Assembly (NCBI GenBank): GCA_041663165.1 | Contig: JBAZRF010000006.1 | Span: forward strand, 1-53,788 | Reading direction: 5' to 3' | DNA: 53,788 bases | From: Minisyncoccota bacterium | Lineage (GTDB): Bacteria > Patescibacteriota > Minisyncoccia > Phycocordibacterales > XYD1-FULL-46-19 | Shown here: one piece after another, positions 1-8,752 of the stretch | Position numbering within the stretch: the stretch's first letter is position 1 | How the letters are laid out: every line of letters begins with the position of its first letter | Made by a program: the position numbers and the translations under genes | Notes under the pieces: generated by a model | The model's database searches: none | What the model was told of the DNA's origin: nothing | Seen by the model: the letters and a program-made list of their open reading frames with translations, nothing else

Positions 1-935
1 CAGGTAAGTTCTGACGTGCACGAATGGCGTAACGACTGGGGAACTGTCTCGAGGATTTGCCCGGTGAAAATACAGTGGGGGTGAAGATGCCCTCTACCTG
101 CAGTTAGACGAAAAGACCCCAGAAGCTTTACTACAACTTGATATTGAGTATACGTTTGAACTGCGTAGCATAGGTGGGAGGATTTGAAGTGATGGTCTCG
201 GCCATCATGGATCCGACAGTGAAATACCACTCTGCTCGAAGGTATATTCTAACCGGCCGTGAAAAACACGGTGGAGACAGTATCTGGTGGGTAGTTTTAT
301 TGGGGCGATATCCTCCTAAAAAGTAACGGAGGAGTTTATTAAGGTCAGCTAGGCGCGAATGGAAACCGTGCCGATAGTGCAATGGCATAAGCTGGCTTGA
401 CTGCAAGACGTGCGTGTCGAGCAGGTACGAAAGTAGAACATAGTGAACCGACGGTCCGTATTAGACGCGGCCGGAGATTAACGGATAAAAGCTACTCTGG
501 GGATAACAGGCTAGTTGTGCCCAAGCGTCCATAGCGACGGCACAGTTCGGCACCTCGATGTCGGCTCATCTTATCCTGGGGGTGGAGAAGCTCCCAAGGG
601 TATGGCTGTTCGCCATTTAAAAAGATACGCGAGCTGGGTTCAAACCGTCGTGAGACAGGTTGGTCTCCTATCTACTGCAGGCGTTGATAATTGAGAAGAT
701 CTGCTTCTAGTACGAGAGGACCGAAGTGGACTGACCTCTGGTCTAAGGGCTGTACCGCCAGGTGCATCGCCCTGTAGCTAAGTCGGGAATGGATAACCTC
801 TGAAAGCATCTAAGAGGGAAGCCAACTTCAAGATTAATTATCATTATGAGACTCCTAGAAGATTACTAGGTTGATAGGCTTTAGGTGTAAGCATAGCAAT
901 GTGTTAAGCCGAGAAGTACTAATGTGTCCATTCCT
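1..935 (+). rRNA. rrl: 23S rRNA, 3'-terminal ~935 nt (gene begins upstream of the window)
   Basis: Conserved 23S strings read directly: GACGAAAAGACCCC (107-120), GGGGATAACAGGCT (499-512), GGCACCTCGATGTCGGCTCATC, GAGCTGGGTTCAAACCGTCGTGAGACAGGT, AGTACGAGAGGACCG (709-723). The 3' end was placed by eye after GTACTAATGTGTCC. Confidence 0.95.
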
Positions 936-1011
936 ATCAGGAAACTTGAAAATCATTTTTTAATTTTTTTATCCCGAGTATTGTCGAGGGGCTACCTACA
1001 TTTTGGATTCT

Positions 1012-1124
1012 TTGTTTCGGTGGTTTGACGCCGAGGTCACACCTCTTACCATTCCGAACAGAGCCGTTAAGCTCGGTCGTAGCGATGGTACTCGCAAGGG
1101 GAGAGTAGCTAGCCGCCGGAACAA
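1012..1124 (+). rRNA. rrf: 5S rRNA
   Basis: A 12-bp helix I forms between TTGTTTCGGTGG (1012-1023) and CCGCCGGAACAA (1113-1124). The internal 5S signature CCATTCCGAACAGAGCCGTTAAGC is present. The gene lies ~75 nt after the 23S end and is followed by a terminator. Confidence 0.9.
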
Positions 1125-1140
1125 AGGATCTAAACTTCAC

Positions 1141-1170
1141 AAAACCCGCCTTTTCTTTGGCGGGTTTTGG
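1141..1170 (+). terminator. Rho-independent terminator after 23S-5S
   Basis: AAAACCCGCC (1141-1150) pairs with GGCGGGTTTT (1159-1168) across a T-rich loop, with a T tail. Confidence 0.75.
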
Positions 1171-1224
1171 CTTGCCCCGTTAAAACTACTTGGTAGTTTT
1201 TTTGCGGGGTGTTATTATCTACTC

Positions 1225-1995
1225 ATGTTCACTTGGGCGCGACGGCGACAATTGTATTATTTATTGGGGGTGTTGGCCTTTTTTGCCGTGATTGGGTTGA
1301 TTTTATTTTTGATTTATCGGCCGCGGCCGACTTGTTTTGACGGCAAACAAAATCAAACCGAAACGGGTATTGATTGTGGGGGAACTTGCGCTTTGGCCTG
1401 CGCGCCGGACGTTATCCCGCTCAAAGTTTACTGGGCGAGACCCCTAAAGGTTAATGACGGTTGGTATGACGTGGCCGCCTTAGTTGAAAATGAAAATTTA
1501 AACTTTGGCGTCCGCCGTGCTCCTTACACTCTATATCTCTACGATAAGGATCATGTTCTCTTGAACAAACAAACGGGCGAAACCTTTATTAACCCAGCCG
1601 AAAAGTTCATTGTTTTTGCTAGTCGTTTAAACACCGGCTCAAGTATCGCTGACCAGGCTTTTTTAGAGTTCGGTAATAACCTTGTTTGGGAGAAGGCTAG
1701 GCCAGTGCCCAGAGTAATTAATATTGAGCGTAAAAACTTTACCAATAAGCCTCGACCCCAATTGCAAATTACCGTGACCAATCTGACGCTCGATCCAATT
1801 TCTAATCTCCGGGTTTCAACTGTTTTATCTGATGGTAATAATAATGCGATGGCGGCTTCGGCAACTTTTGTTGATAAATTAAAGGCCCAAGAGACAAAAG
1901 AAATTTTTTTAACTTGGCCAATACCCTTACCCCTTGATCCGACCTTTTTTGAGTTATACTGGCGGCTAAACTCTTTTGATCTCCTAGCTAATTAA
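1225..1995 (+). CDS. Hypothetical membrane-anchored protein with a Cys-rich CxDGxxNxxExGxDCGGxC motif
   Basis: The tracked ORF 1003..1995 starts inside the 5S gene, so the first ATG after the terminator (1225, MFTWARRR) was taken. One N-terminal TM helix (LYYLLGVLAFFAVIGLILFLIY) is followed by CFDGKQNQTETGIDCGGTC and a beta-rich domain. Confidence 0.7.
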   Translation: MFTWARRRQLYYLLGVLAFFAVIGLILFLIYRPRPTCFDGKQNQTETGIDCGGTCALACAPDVIPLKVYWARPLKVNDGWYDVAALVENENLNFGVRRAPYTLYLYDKDHVLLNKQTGETFINPAEKFIVFASRLNTGSSIADQAFLEFGNNLVWEKARPVPRVINIERKNFTNKPRPQLQITVTNLTLDPISNLRVSTVLSDGNNNAMAASATFVDKLKAQETKEIFLTWPIPLPLDPTFFELYWRLNSFDLLAN

Positions 1996-1996
1996 T

Positions 1997-3130
1997 ATGT
2001 TATTAGCCCTCAAGAAATTGAATTGCCGTCTCGACTGGCTACTCATTTCGGCGACCTTACCGCTGGTGGTTTTTGGCCTCATTACGATGAACTCATTTTT
2101 GACGGAGAGTTATTTTTTTGATCGACAAATTACCTGGGTTCTTTTTTCCTATGCTTTGCTCTTGGCCCTGTCTTTTGGTGATTGGCGTTTTTTGCGTAAA
2201 AGCTGGCTTTTGGTAGTTTTTTATTTTGTGGCAATTGCGGTTTTGGCAACCCTTTTTGTTTTGGGGCAAGTTACCAAGGGAGCTCAAAGCTGGCTCTCCT
2301 TTGGTGGTTTATCTCTCCAGCCTGCCGATTTTATGAAACTGGTTTTAGTCTTAATGCTTGCCAAATATTTTTCGAAACGTCACATCGAAATTGCTAACAT
2401 CAGACACATTATTGTTTCGGGCCTATATGCACTTATTCCCTTTATTTTTATTTTGCTTCAACCAGATTTTGGTTCGGCTTTAATTATTTTTTTGATCTGG
2501 CTAGGCATGATTTTAGTTTCAGGTGTATCTAAAAAACATTTAACCTTTTTAACCATTGCCGCTGTTTTGGTCTCGGTTATTGCTTGGTCGTTCGTGCTTC
2601 AACCCTACCAACAAAAAAGAATTATGACTTTTATCCATCCGCTAGCTGATATTCACGGCTCGGGCTATAACGCTTTTCAGTCCACGATTGCCGTTGGCTC
2701 GGGGCAAATTCTGGGCAAAGGGGTTGGCTATGGTACGCAATCGCGGCTCAAATTTTTGCCAGAATACCAAACCGATTTTATTTTTGCCGCTTTTGCGGAG
2801 GAGTGGGGACTGATTGGCGTGTTAATTTTATTCCTATTGTTTGGCGTGGTTATTTGGCGTATTTTGGCGAATGCTTTGGTCGGGGCGACCAATTTTGAAA
2901 CCTTATTTGGGTTAGGTATTGCCATTATGTTTCTCTCTCACTTCATAATTCACGTCGGGATGAATATTGGGATTTTACCGGTGACCGGTTTGCCAATGCC
3001 GCTTATGAGTTATGGCGGATCGCATTTAATGACCGAGTTTATTGGTCTCGGCATCCTCATGGGCATGCGCAAATACTCCTTATCCTTCCATCGTGACGAT
3101 GCGAAAAATGAGTTTATTGGGCCCCAATAG
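1997..3130 (+). CDS. SEDS-family peptidoglycan glycosyltransferase (RodA/FtsW)
   Basis: 377 aa polytopic membrane protein. Carries the C-terminal SEDS signature GILPVTGLPMPLMSYGGSHL and the PDFGSALI motif. Confidence 0.9.
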   Translation: MLLALKKLNCRLDWLLISATLPLVVFGLITMNSFLTESYFFDRQITWVLFSYALLLALSFGDWRFLRKSWLLVVFYFVAIAVLATLFVLGQVTKGAQSWLSFGGLSLQPADFMKLVLVLMLAKYFSKRHIEIANIRHIIVSGLYALIPFIFILLQPDFGSALIIFLIWLGMILVSGVSKKHLTFLTIAAVLVSVIAWSFVLQPYQQKRIMTFIHPLADIHGSGYNAFQSTIAVGSGQILGKGVGYGTQSRLKFLPEYQTDFIFAAFAEEWGLIGVLILFLLFGVVIWRILANALVGATNFETLFGLGIAIMFLSHFIIHVGMNIGILPVTGLPMPLMSYGGSHLMTEFIGLGILMGMRKYSLSFHRDDAKNEFIGPQ

Positions 3131-3143
3131 GCGCTCGGTTGCT

Positions 3144-3265
3144 CCCGCTTAAAAACCTCGCCTTAAAATTTTCCAGCGAAAATTTTTTGCTCCTCTCGAA
3201 CGATTTGCTCCTCGCTTTGCTCGGAGACCATGCCAAATCGTTCTGCGAGAGGCTTTTTAAGCGGG
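3144..3265. terminator. Long nested inverted repeat between convergent genes (candidate bidirectional terminator or structured RNA)
   Basis: The outer 12-bp stem pairs CCCGCTTAAAAA (3144-3155) with TTTTTAAGCGGG (3254-3265). The inner stem pairs CCTCTCGAACGATTTG (3192-3207) with CAAATCGTTCTGCGAGAGG (3234-3252) and has a 3-nt bulge. Confidence 0.4.
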
Positions 3266-3302
3266 ACAACCTCGCTTGGTTGAAGCAGCAAAAACAATTT
3301 TC

Positions 3303-4055
3303 TCAAACATGGTTGGGTTTTCTGTATACATTTACTACTCCTCCAGAGGAGGAGGCTGTGCCAGGTATAGTTTTTTCTTTGATAAAGCCTGCTGTCAAAA
3401 GGTCTCCATCGTATTCAAGACCATGTAACGAAATCGCTCCTCTTGGGGTCACGCGGAAAATCTGTTCCGCTAAGTATTTTGCGTATCTCTTTTCTTCTGG
3501 CCTATCGCTACTATAAAGTACTCCTTCTTCGAATAATCCAAAACTTACAACAACTTCCGATTCGTCAGGTTGACGTATTAGACACGACAAAGCATCAATT
3601 CCCGTTTTAATATCTACTGTGTCAAAATTAGAAGTTCCTATTGCGCCGAAAAATGGGGCGTTTATTTTTCTCCCTGCATCGCCAATTTCTATGACCCTTA
3701 CCCCTTCAAGTTCGTTGTGCAAAAACCCCAAAATGGCACCATCTAAACTATATAGGTCATAAGGACTTTTATCTTCTTCAAATTGTGTTTGAGAAGCTGG
3801 TGTTTCAGTAAAGCTCTTAACAAGGTTTTGAGCTTCTTCGTTGGTAAACAATCCTAAGAGTTCGGGTGTTATTTTATCCAAAATTTCTTTCTCGGCATCT
3901 TTTTTTATCTCTGCTGGGCGTTCGCTCGCACTTCTTAAATACCAGGGCACATCTTCTTGTCCTACCACTTCGGCTATCGGCAATAATTCTTCTCGCGCCT
4001 TTTTAATCCTTAAGGCTATTTCATTTGCATTTCTACTGTTGGGGGTTGTTTCCAT
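3303..4055 (-). CDS. Hypothetical protein (250 aa, soluble, acidic)
   Basis: Long ORF with host-like codon usage. It starts 8 nt downstream of the stop of the GT4 gene on the same strand. I recognise no motif. Confidence 0.6.
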   Translation of the reverse strand: METTPNSRNANEIALRIKKAREELLPIAEVVGQEDVPWYLRSASERPAEIKKDAEKEILDKITPELLGLFTNEEAQNLVKSFTETPASQTQFEEDKSPYDLYSLDGAILGFLHNELEGVRVIEIGDAGRKINAPFFGAIGTSNFDTVDIKTGIDALSCLIRQPDESEVVVSFGLFEEGVLYSSDRPEEKRYAKYLAEQIFRVTPRGAISLHGLEYDGDLLTAGFIKEKTIPGTASSSGGVVNVYRKPNHV

Positions 4056-4062
4056 GGGTCAT

Positions 4063-5205
4063 TTATTTTCTATAAAGCTCCACTGTTTTTTCTACCATCT
4101 TTTTGAGCGAAAAATTGGCCGTCACGCGTTGGCGGAGGTTTTTGCCGGCGAGGTCGCAATACTTCGGTTTTTTGAGCATGAAAAGGAGGGATTTTTTAAT
4201 TTCCTCGACATTGTCGGGCGGGACGAGGATGCCCAGTTCGGGGTCGGTAATCACTTCGGGAATACCGCCAACTTCGGAGGCGATAATCGGGAGGCCGGCG
4301 GCGCCAGCTTCGAGGATGACGTAAGGGAAGGCTTCGGTTCGCGAGGTGAGGGTAAAAATATCAAAGGCTTTAAGATAGGCACGAGCATCTTCGACACGGC
4401 CAAAAAAGTGGATACGGTTTTCGAGTCGTTTGGCGCGAGCTAGTCTTTTTAATTGCTCAAGTTCTTCGCCTTCACCAATAATCATTAAGTTCATTGACCA
4501 GCCAAGCGAGTTCCCGATAAGGGCGCGTACCGTTAGGGCAAAAGCGTCAATCAATGAATCTAGGCCCTTGTTAGGATGAAGCTCGGAAATTGTGCCAATC
4601 CAAAAACGATCGTTATGGCCAGGGAAAAGTTCTCGCCGGGCGACCGATTTCTCAAAAAATTTGATCGTCGGCAAACCGTTATAGATAGTTACCAATTTAT
4701 TTTTAATAAACGGCCAAGAGCTGATTTGGTTTTTTAGACAATCGGCGACCGTAATCACCTGATGGCATAAAATAATTGAGAGCCAATGGCTTAATTTGAT
4801 TAAACTTTTTTGCCAATTCGGTCGGGTCTCGTTGAAGGCTAAACCATGAACGGTAAAAATAATTTTAGGCACGCCGGCGAGTCTCCCGGCTAAAGAACCT
4901 AATCCGCCAATTTTTGAGCTATTTAAATGAATTATTTGAGGCTTCTCTTTTTTAAAAATCTTTAAAAGTTGCCAAAATGATTTTAAATCTTTAGCAAAAT
5001 TGATATCTCGTCCCAATTCGGGAATTTTAATGGTCTTAACCCCGGCGCCGACTAACTTTTTTTCGAGCGCCTCAAACTCGCCCATAATGACGGTTGTGTC
5101 AAAGTCGGCGCGGGGGAGGGTGGTGGCTAATTCATAAACATAACGTTGAGCGCCACCCCAATTTCCCTTGGTGATAACATAAAAAATTTTGGTCTTTTCG
5201 GCCAT
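4063..5205 (-). CDS. Glycosyltransferase family 4 (GT-B)
   Basis: Begins with N-terminal IFYVITKGNWGGAQRYV. The C-terminal part carries TSRTEAFPYVILEAGAAGLPIIASEVGGIPEVI, the EX7E-type GT4 signature. Confidence 0.85.
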   Translation of the reverse strand: MAEKTKIFYVITKGNWGGAQRYVYELATTLPRADFDTTVIMGEFEALEKKLVGAGVKTIKIPELGRDINFAKDLKSFWQLLKIFKKEKPQIIHLNSSKIGGLGSLAGRLAGVPKIIFTVHGLAFNETRPNWQKSLIKLSHWLSIILCHQVITVADCLKNQISSWPFIKNKLVTIYNGLPTIKFFEKSVARRELFPGHNDRFWIGTISELHPNKGLDSLIDAFALTVRALIGNSLGWSMNLMIIGEGEELEQLKRLARAKRLENRIHFFGRVEDARAYLKAFDIFTLTSRTEAFPYVILEAGAAGLPIIASEVGGIPEVITDPELGILVPPDNVEEIKKSLLFMLKKPKYCDLAGKNLRQRVTANFSLKKMVEKTVELYRK

Positions 5206-5253
5206 GCCAAAAGTGTAGCATAATCGGGCTTTTTGGTGTATGCTAGCCCTGAT

Positions 5254-6567
5254 ATGAAGATCACGTCCAAAAAGGAGACACTGGTACTCTTGGTGGGCGA
5301 TATCATCGTCTTCTGCGTCGCTCTCTGGCTCACCTTGTTTGTTCGTAACGCCGAATATCCGAGTGGCTCGCTTTTCTATTCCTTGCTCATCCCTTTCTCG
5401 TTCATTTTTATTCTCTGGGTGTTGGTTTTTTATATTGCTGATTTATATGGCAAGCACACCTCAATTTTTCGCCGCAAATTGCCCCGGGTAATTTTTTATG
5501 CTCAATTAGCCAACTCCACCATTGCCGTGATCTTCTTTTATTTCATTCCTTATTTTGGCGTTACTCCTAAAACATTGTTGTTTGTTGATCTCTTCATCTC
5601 TTTCTTTTTGCTATTTGCTTGGCGCGGTTGGTTGGTCCCTAATATCCATCTCAATTTGCCAGAGAAAATTTATTTTGCCTGCCGCGGCCAAGAGGTTAAT
5701 GACATTATTTCAGAAATAAAAAGCAATCCTGGTTACAATATTTCTATCGCTAAAGAAAATGAAATTAAAGATATTAAAAAAACGGGCATCACCGCTATTG
5801 TGGTTAATCTTTATGACGAGGAGATAACCGAAGCGCTGAAGAATTTTTATGGCATGATTTTTTCAGGTATTCGTTTTATTCCACTTCATATTCTCTACGA
5901 GGAGTTGTTTGACCGCGAACCGGTCTTGTCGCTTAAGGAGCAATGGTTTTTAGAAAATATTTCCAATCGGCCCAAACCGGTTTATGACGGTCTAAAGCGA
6001 TTGATGGACATCATTATTGCCGGACTCTTGGGTCTAGTCTCCCTCGTTTTTTATCCATTTGTTTACCTTGGTATGAAACTTGATGACAGAGGAGATCTCT
6101 TCAGTTTTCAAGATCGAGTTGGCAAGAACAATAAGATTATTCGGATGATTAAATTTCGAACGATGAGAATTGCCAATGACGGTGCCCAATTTACCAAAGG
6201 CAAAGCTGATAATGAGGTCACTAAGTTTGGCCACTTTTTGCGCAAAACGCGTATTGATGAGGTGCCTCAGCTTTGGAACATCTTACGTGGCGATATTTCG
6301 TTAATTGGTCCGCGACCAGAATTTGCCGACCCGGTGGCACTCTATAGTCAAGAAATTCAGTATTATAATATTCGCCACATTATCAAGCCGGGCCTCTCGG
6401 GTTGGGCGCAGATTTATGGCGAGCATCCCCATCACGGGATTGATATCAGTAGTACGCGCAATAAATTTTCTTACGACTTGTATTACATCAAAAACCGTAG
6501 TTTCTGGTTGGACCTAAGCATCGCTCTTAAAACGGTCAAAATTTTATTAATGAGGAAGGGGCGATAA
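5254..6567 (+). CDS. Polyprenyl-phosphate sugar-phosphate transferase (WbaP/EpsL-type bacterial sugar transferase)
   Basis: N-terminal TM helices precede the C-terminal signature KFGHFLRKTRIDEVPQLWNILRGDISLIGPRP. The start is uncertain: ATG 5254 was chosen, and the tracked ORF opens at TTG 5233. Confidence 0.88.
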   Translation: MKITSKKETLVLLVGDIIVFCVALWLTLFVRNAEYPSGSLFYSLLIPFSFIFILWVLVFYIADLYGKHTSIFRRKLPRVIFYAQLANSTIAVIFFYFIPYFGVTPKTLLFVDLFISFFLLFAWRGWLVPNIHLNLPEKIYFACRGQEVNDIISEIKSNPGYNISIAKENEIKDIKKTGITAIVVNLYDEEITEALKNFYGMIFSGIRFIPLHILYEELFDREPVLSLKEQWFLENISNRPKPVYDGLKRLMDIIIAGLLGLVSLVFYPFVYLGMKLDDRGDLFSFQDRVGKNNKIIRMIKFRTMRIANDGAQFTKGKADNEVTKFGHFLRKTRIDEVPQLWNILRGDISLIGPRPEFADPVALYSQEIQYYNIRHIIKPGLSGWAQIYGEHPHHGIDISSTRNKFSYDLYYIKNRSFWLDLSIALKTVKILLMRKGR

Positions 6568-6571
6568 TAAT

Positions 6572-7474
6572 ATGTCAAAAATTATTGTCACCGGCGGTGC
6601 CGGATTTATCGGTTCTAATCTCACTGACAAGTTAATTGAACGAGGCGATGAGGTTATTGTCATCGATAATTTATCGGGTGGCAAAAAAGAACAAATAAAC
6701 CCCAAAGCTATTTTCCATCAACTTGATATTACCAATCTCAAATCAATTAAGCCGATTTTTACCGGGTTTGATTACGTTTTCCATTTAGCAGCCTTACCGC
6801 AGGTATTTTATTCAATTGACCATCCGGTTGAAACTAATGAAATTAATGCCACGGGGACACTTAATGTTCTCTTGGCGGCCAAGGAGGCGGGTGTTAAAAA
6901 AGTTATTTACTCAGCTTCCGCTTCGGTTTATGGCGTTCAGGAGAAAATGCCCTTGAGAGAAGATGCTCCGGCCTTGCCCAATAGCCCTTATGGTTTGCAA
7001 AAATATATCGGGGAATTATATTGCCAGCTTTTCTCTGAGATTTATGATTTACCAACTGTTCGACTGCGCTATTTTAATGTTTTTGGTCCAAGACAGAGTG
7101 AAGAGGGCGCCTACGCTCTCGTCGTGGCTAAATTTCTCAAACAACGACGCGAGGGTCAAGCTTTAACGATTATCGGTGATGGCACACAAACTCGAGATTT
7201 TGTTAACGTTCGAGATGTCGTCCGAGCTAATATTTTGGCAATGGAAAAAGATGTTCCGGCCGGTGAGGTTTTAAACATTGGTTCCGGGGTTAACTCCTCG
7301 GTTAAAACCATTGCTGATTTAATTGGGGGAGATATTGAATATTTGCCGGCTCGATTAGAATTGCACGATAGTTTGGCCGACAATGCCAAGGCTCGTAATT
7401 TGCTGGGCTGGGTACCCGAGGTGGGGCTAGAAGAGGGGATTGCCGAGCTAAAAAAATTACAAAATTTAAAATAA
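6572..7474 (+). CDS. NAD-dependent sugar epimerase/dehydratase (GalE/WbpP-like SDR)
   Basis: Contains the Rossmann motif VTGGAGFIGSNL and the catalytic YxxxK motif in SPYGLQKYIGE. Confidence 0.88.
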   Translation: MSKIIVTGGAGFIGSNLTDKLIERGDEVIVIDNLSGGKKEQINPKAIFHQLDITNLKSIKPIFTGFDYVFHLAALPQVFYSIDHPVETNEINATGTLNVLLAAKEAGVKKVIYSASASVYGVQEKMPLREDAPALPNSPYGLQKYIGELYCQLFSEIYDLPTVRLRYFNVFGPRQSEEGAYALVVAKFLKQRREGQALTIIGDGTQTRDFVNVRDVVRANILAMEKDVPAGEVLNIGSGVNSSVKTIADLIGGDIEYLPARLELHDSLADNAKARNLLGWVPEVGLEEGIAELKKLQNLK

Positions 7475-7477
7475 ATT

Positions 7478-8266
7478 ATGATTGTCGATGGTAAAAAATT
7501 AGCGGACGATATCAAAACGACCCTTCGACTCGCCTTGCTCGCTCAGGGCAAGAATTTACGGCTAGATGTTATTTTGGTTGGTGATAACCTCGTGTCGCAG
7601 AAATATGTCAAACGAAAGAAAAAGGTTGGCGAGGAAATTGGTATCGAAGTAATCGTCCATGAATTGATGAGAGAGATAACCCAAATTGAATTAGAAGAAG
7701 AAATTGAAAATTTAAATAATAACGAAAGGGTCAATGGGATTATTGTTCAATTGCCACTGCCGCCACAGATTGACCAAGAAAAAATCTTAAATTTGGTTTC
7801 GCCCGACAAAGACATTGATGCCTTGAGTCGTGAGGCCAAAGTTTTGTCACCGACCGTCGGGGCGATTAGAGAAATTTTAGAAAAAAACAAAGTTTCGCTT
7901 GCTGGCAAGAGGGTCGTGGTCGTTGGCAATGGTAAATTAGTTGGTCGGCCCGTTTCAGTTTGGTTAACCCAAGAGGGAGTTAGTGTTGAGGTCATTGACA
8001 TTGATACAAAAAATCCGGAAGAGGCCTTGCTTCAAGCCGATATTATTGTGAGTGGGGTCGGGAAGCCCGGCTTAATTACGTCGGATAAAATAAAAGAAGG
8101 AGTTGTTTTAATTGATGCTGGCACGGCCGAATCGGGCGGCCAGCTTAAGGGCGATGCCGATCCGGCTTGTGCCGAAAAGTGCTCGCTCTTCACTCCGGTC
8201 CCGGGTGGTGTCGGCTCTCTCACGGTTGTGATGCTTTTCAAAAATCTTCTCGAACTATCTCAATAG
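7478..8266 (+). CDS. folD: Bifunctional methylenetetrahydrofolate dehydrogenase/cyclohydrolase
   Basis: Matches FolD over its full length: SQKYVKRKKK, GIIVQLPLP, VVVGNGKLVGRP, TPVPGGVG. Confidence 0.9.
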   Translation: MIVDGKKLADDIKTTLRLALLAQGKNLRLDVILVGDNLVSQKYVKRKKKVGEEIGIEVIVHELMREITQIELEEEIENLNNNERVNGIIVQLPLPPQIDQEKILNLVSPDKDIDALSREAKVLSPTVGAIREILEKNKVSLAGKRVVVVGNGKLVGRPVSVWLTQEGVSVEVIDIDTKNPEEALLQADIIVSGVGKPGLITSDKIKEGVVLIDAGTAESGGQLKGDADPACAEKCSLFTPVPGGVGSLTVVMLFKNLLELSQ

Positions 8267-8281
8267 GTTTATAATAATTTA

Positions 8282-8743
8282 GTGGATTACCTAATTTATT
8301 TTTGCGCTGTAATTTTGCCTTGGGTTTTGGGAATCGGACTGGTTGGTTATTTTGTTGTCACCAAGAAAAAAATTGCGGCTTTGCGCTTGATTGGCCTGTC
8401 ATTTTTGAGCGCGCTTATTGCTTGGTTTATCGTCAGTTTATATAAATACAATTTTCCCAGCCCTCGCCCGTTTGAGGTTCTAACTAATCTCAAGCCATTA
8501 TTTGTTACCGGGAGGGGAGACGCTTTTCCCTCCGGCCACGCCACTTTTATGGGTGCCCTGGCCATCGGTGTTTTTCTCCAAAACAAAAAACTTGGTCTGG
8601 TTTTTATCGCCGGGGCGATTATTATCACTATTGCTCGTGTGCTTGCCAATGTCCACTGGCCCATAGACGTGGTTGCTGGCTTGCTCTGGGGCGCCCTGGT
8701 CTCAATCGCCGCTTGGTTGATTTTTCGTCGATTTTCCTTATAA
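8282..8743 (+). CDS. PAP2-family phosphatase (likely undecaprenyl-diphosphate/lipid phosphatase)
   Basis: GTG start. Four TM helices. PAP2 motifs PSGH (FPSGHATF) and ARVLANVHWPIDVVAG are present. Confidence 0.8.
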   Translation: MDYLIYFCAVILPWVLGIGLVGYFVVTKKKIAALRLIGLSFLSALIAWFIVSLYKYNFPSPRPFEVLTNLKPLFVTGRGDAFPSGHATFMGALAIGVFLQNKKLGLVFIAGAIIITIARVLANVHWPIDVVAGLLWGALVSIAAWLIFRRFSL

Positions 8744-8752
8744 TAGCCCTAT

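Noticed and set aside
131-406. 91-aa ORF on the - strand
   Set aside because: It lies entirely inside the 23S rRNA. ORFs within rRNA genes are almost always spurious.
1003-1224. 5' extension of the tracked ORF 1003..1995
   Set aside because: This part overlaps the 5S rRNA gene and its terminator. The real start is most likely ATG 1225.
3139-3516. 125-aa + strand ORF after the SEDS gene
   Set aside because: Its first part is the nested inverted repeat and the rest is antisense to the better-supported 3303..4055(-) ORF.
3841-4443. 200-aa + strand ORF
   Set aside because: It is antisense to the GT4 gene (4063..5205) and to the neighbouring hypothetical gene (3303..4055). It has low-complexity composition and no motif.
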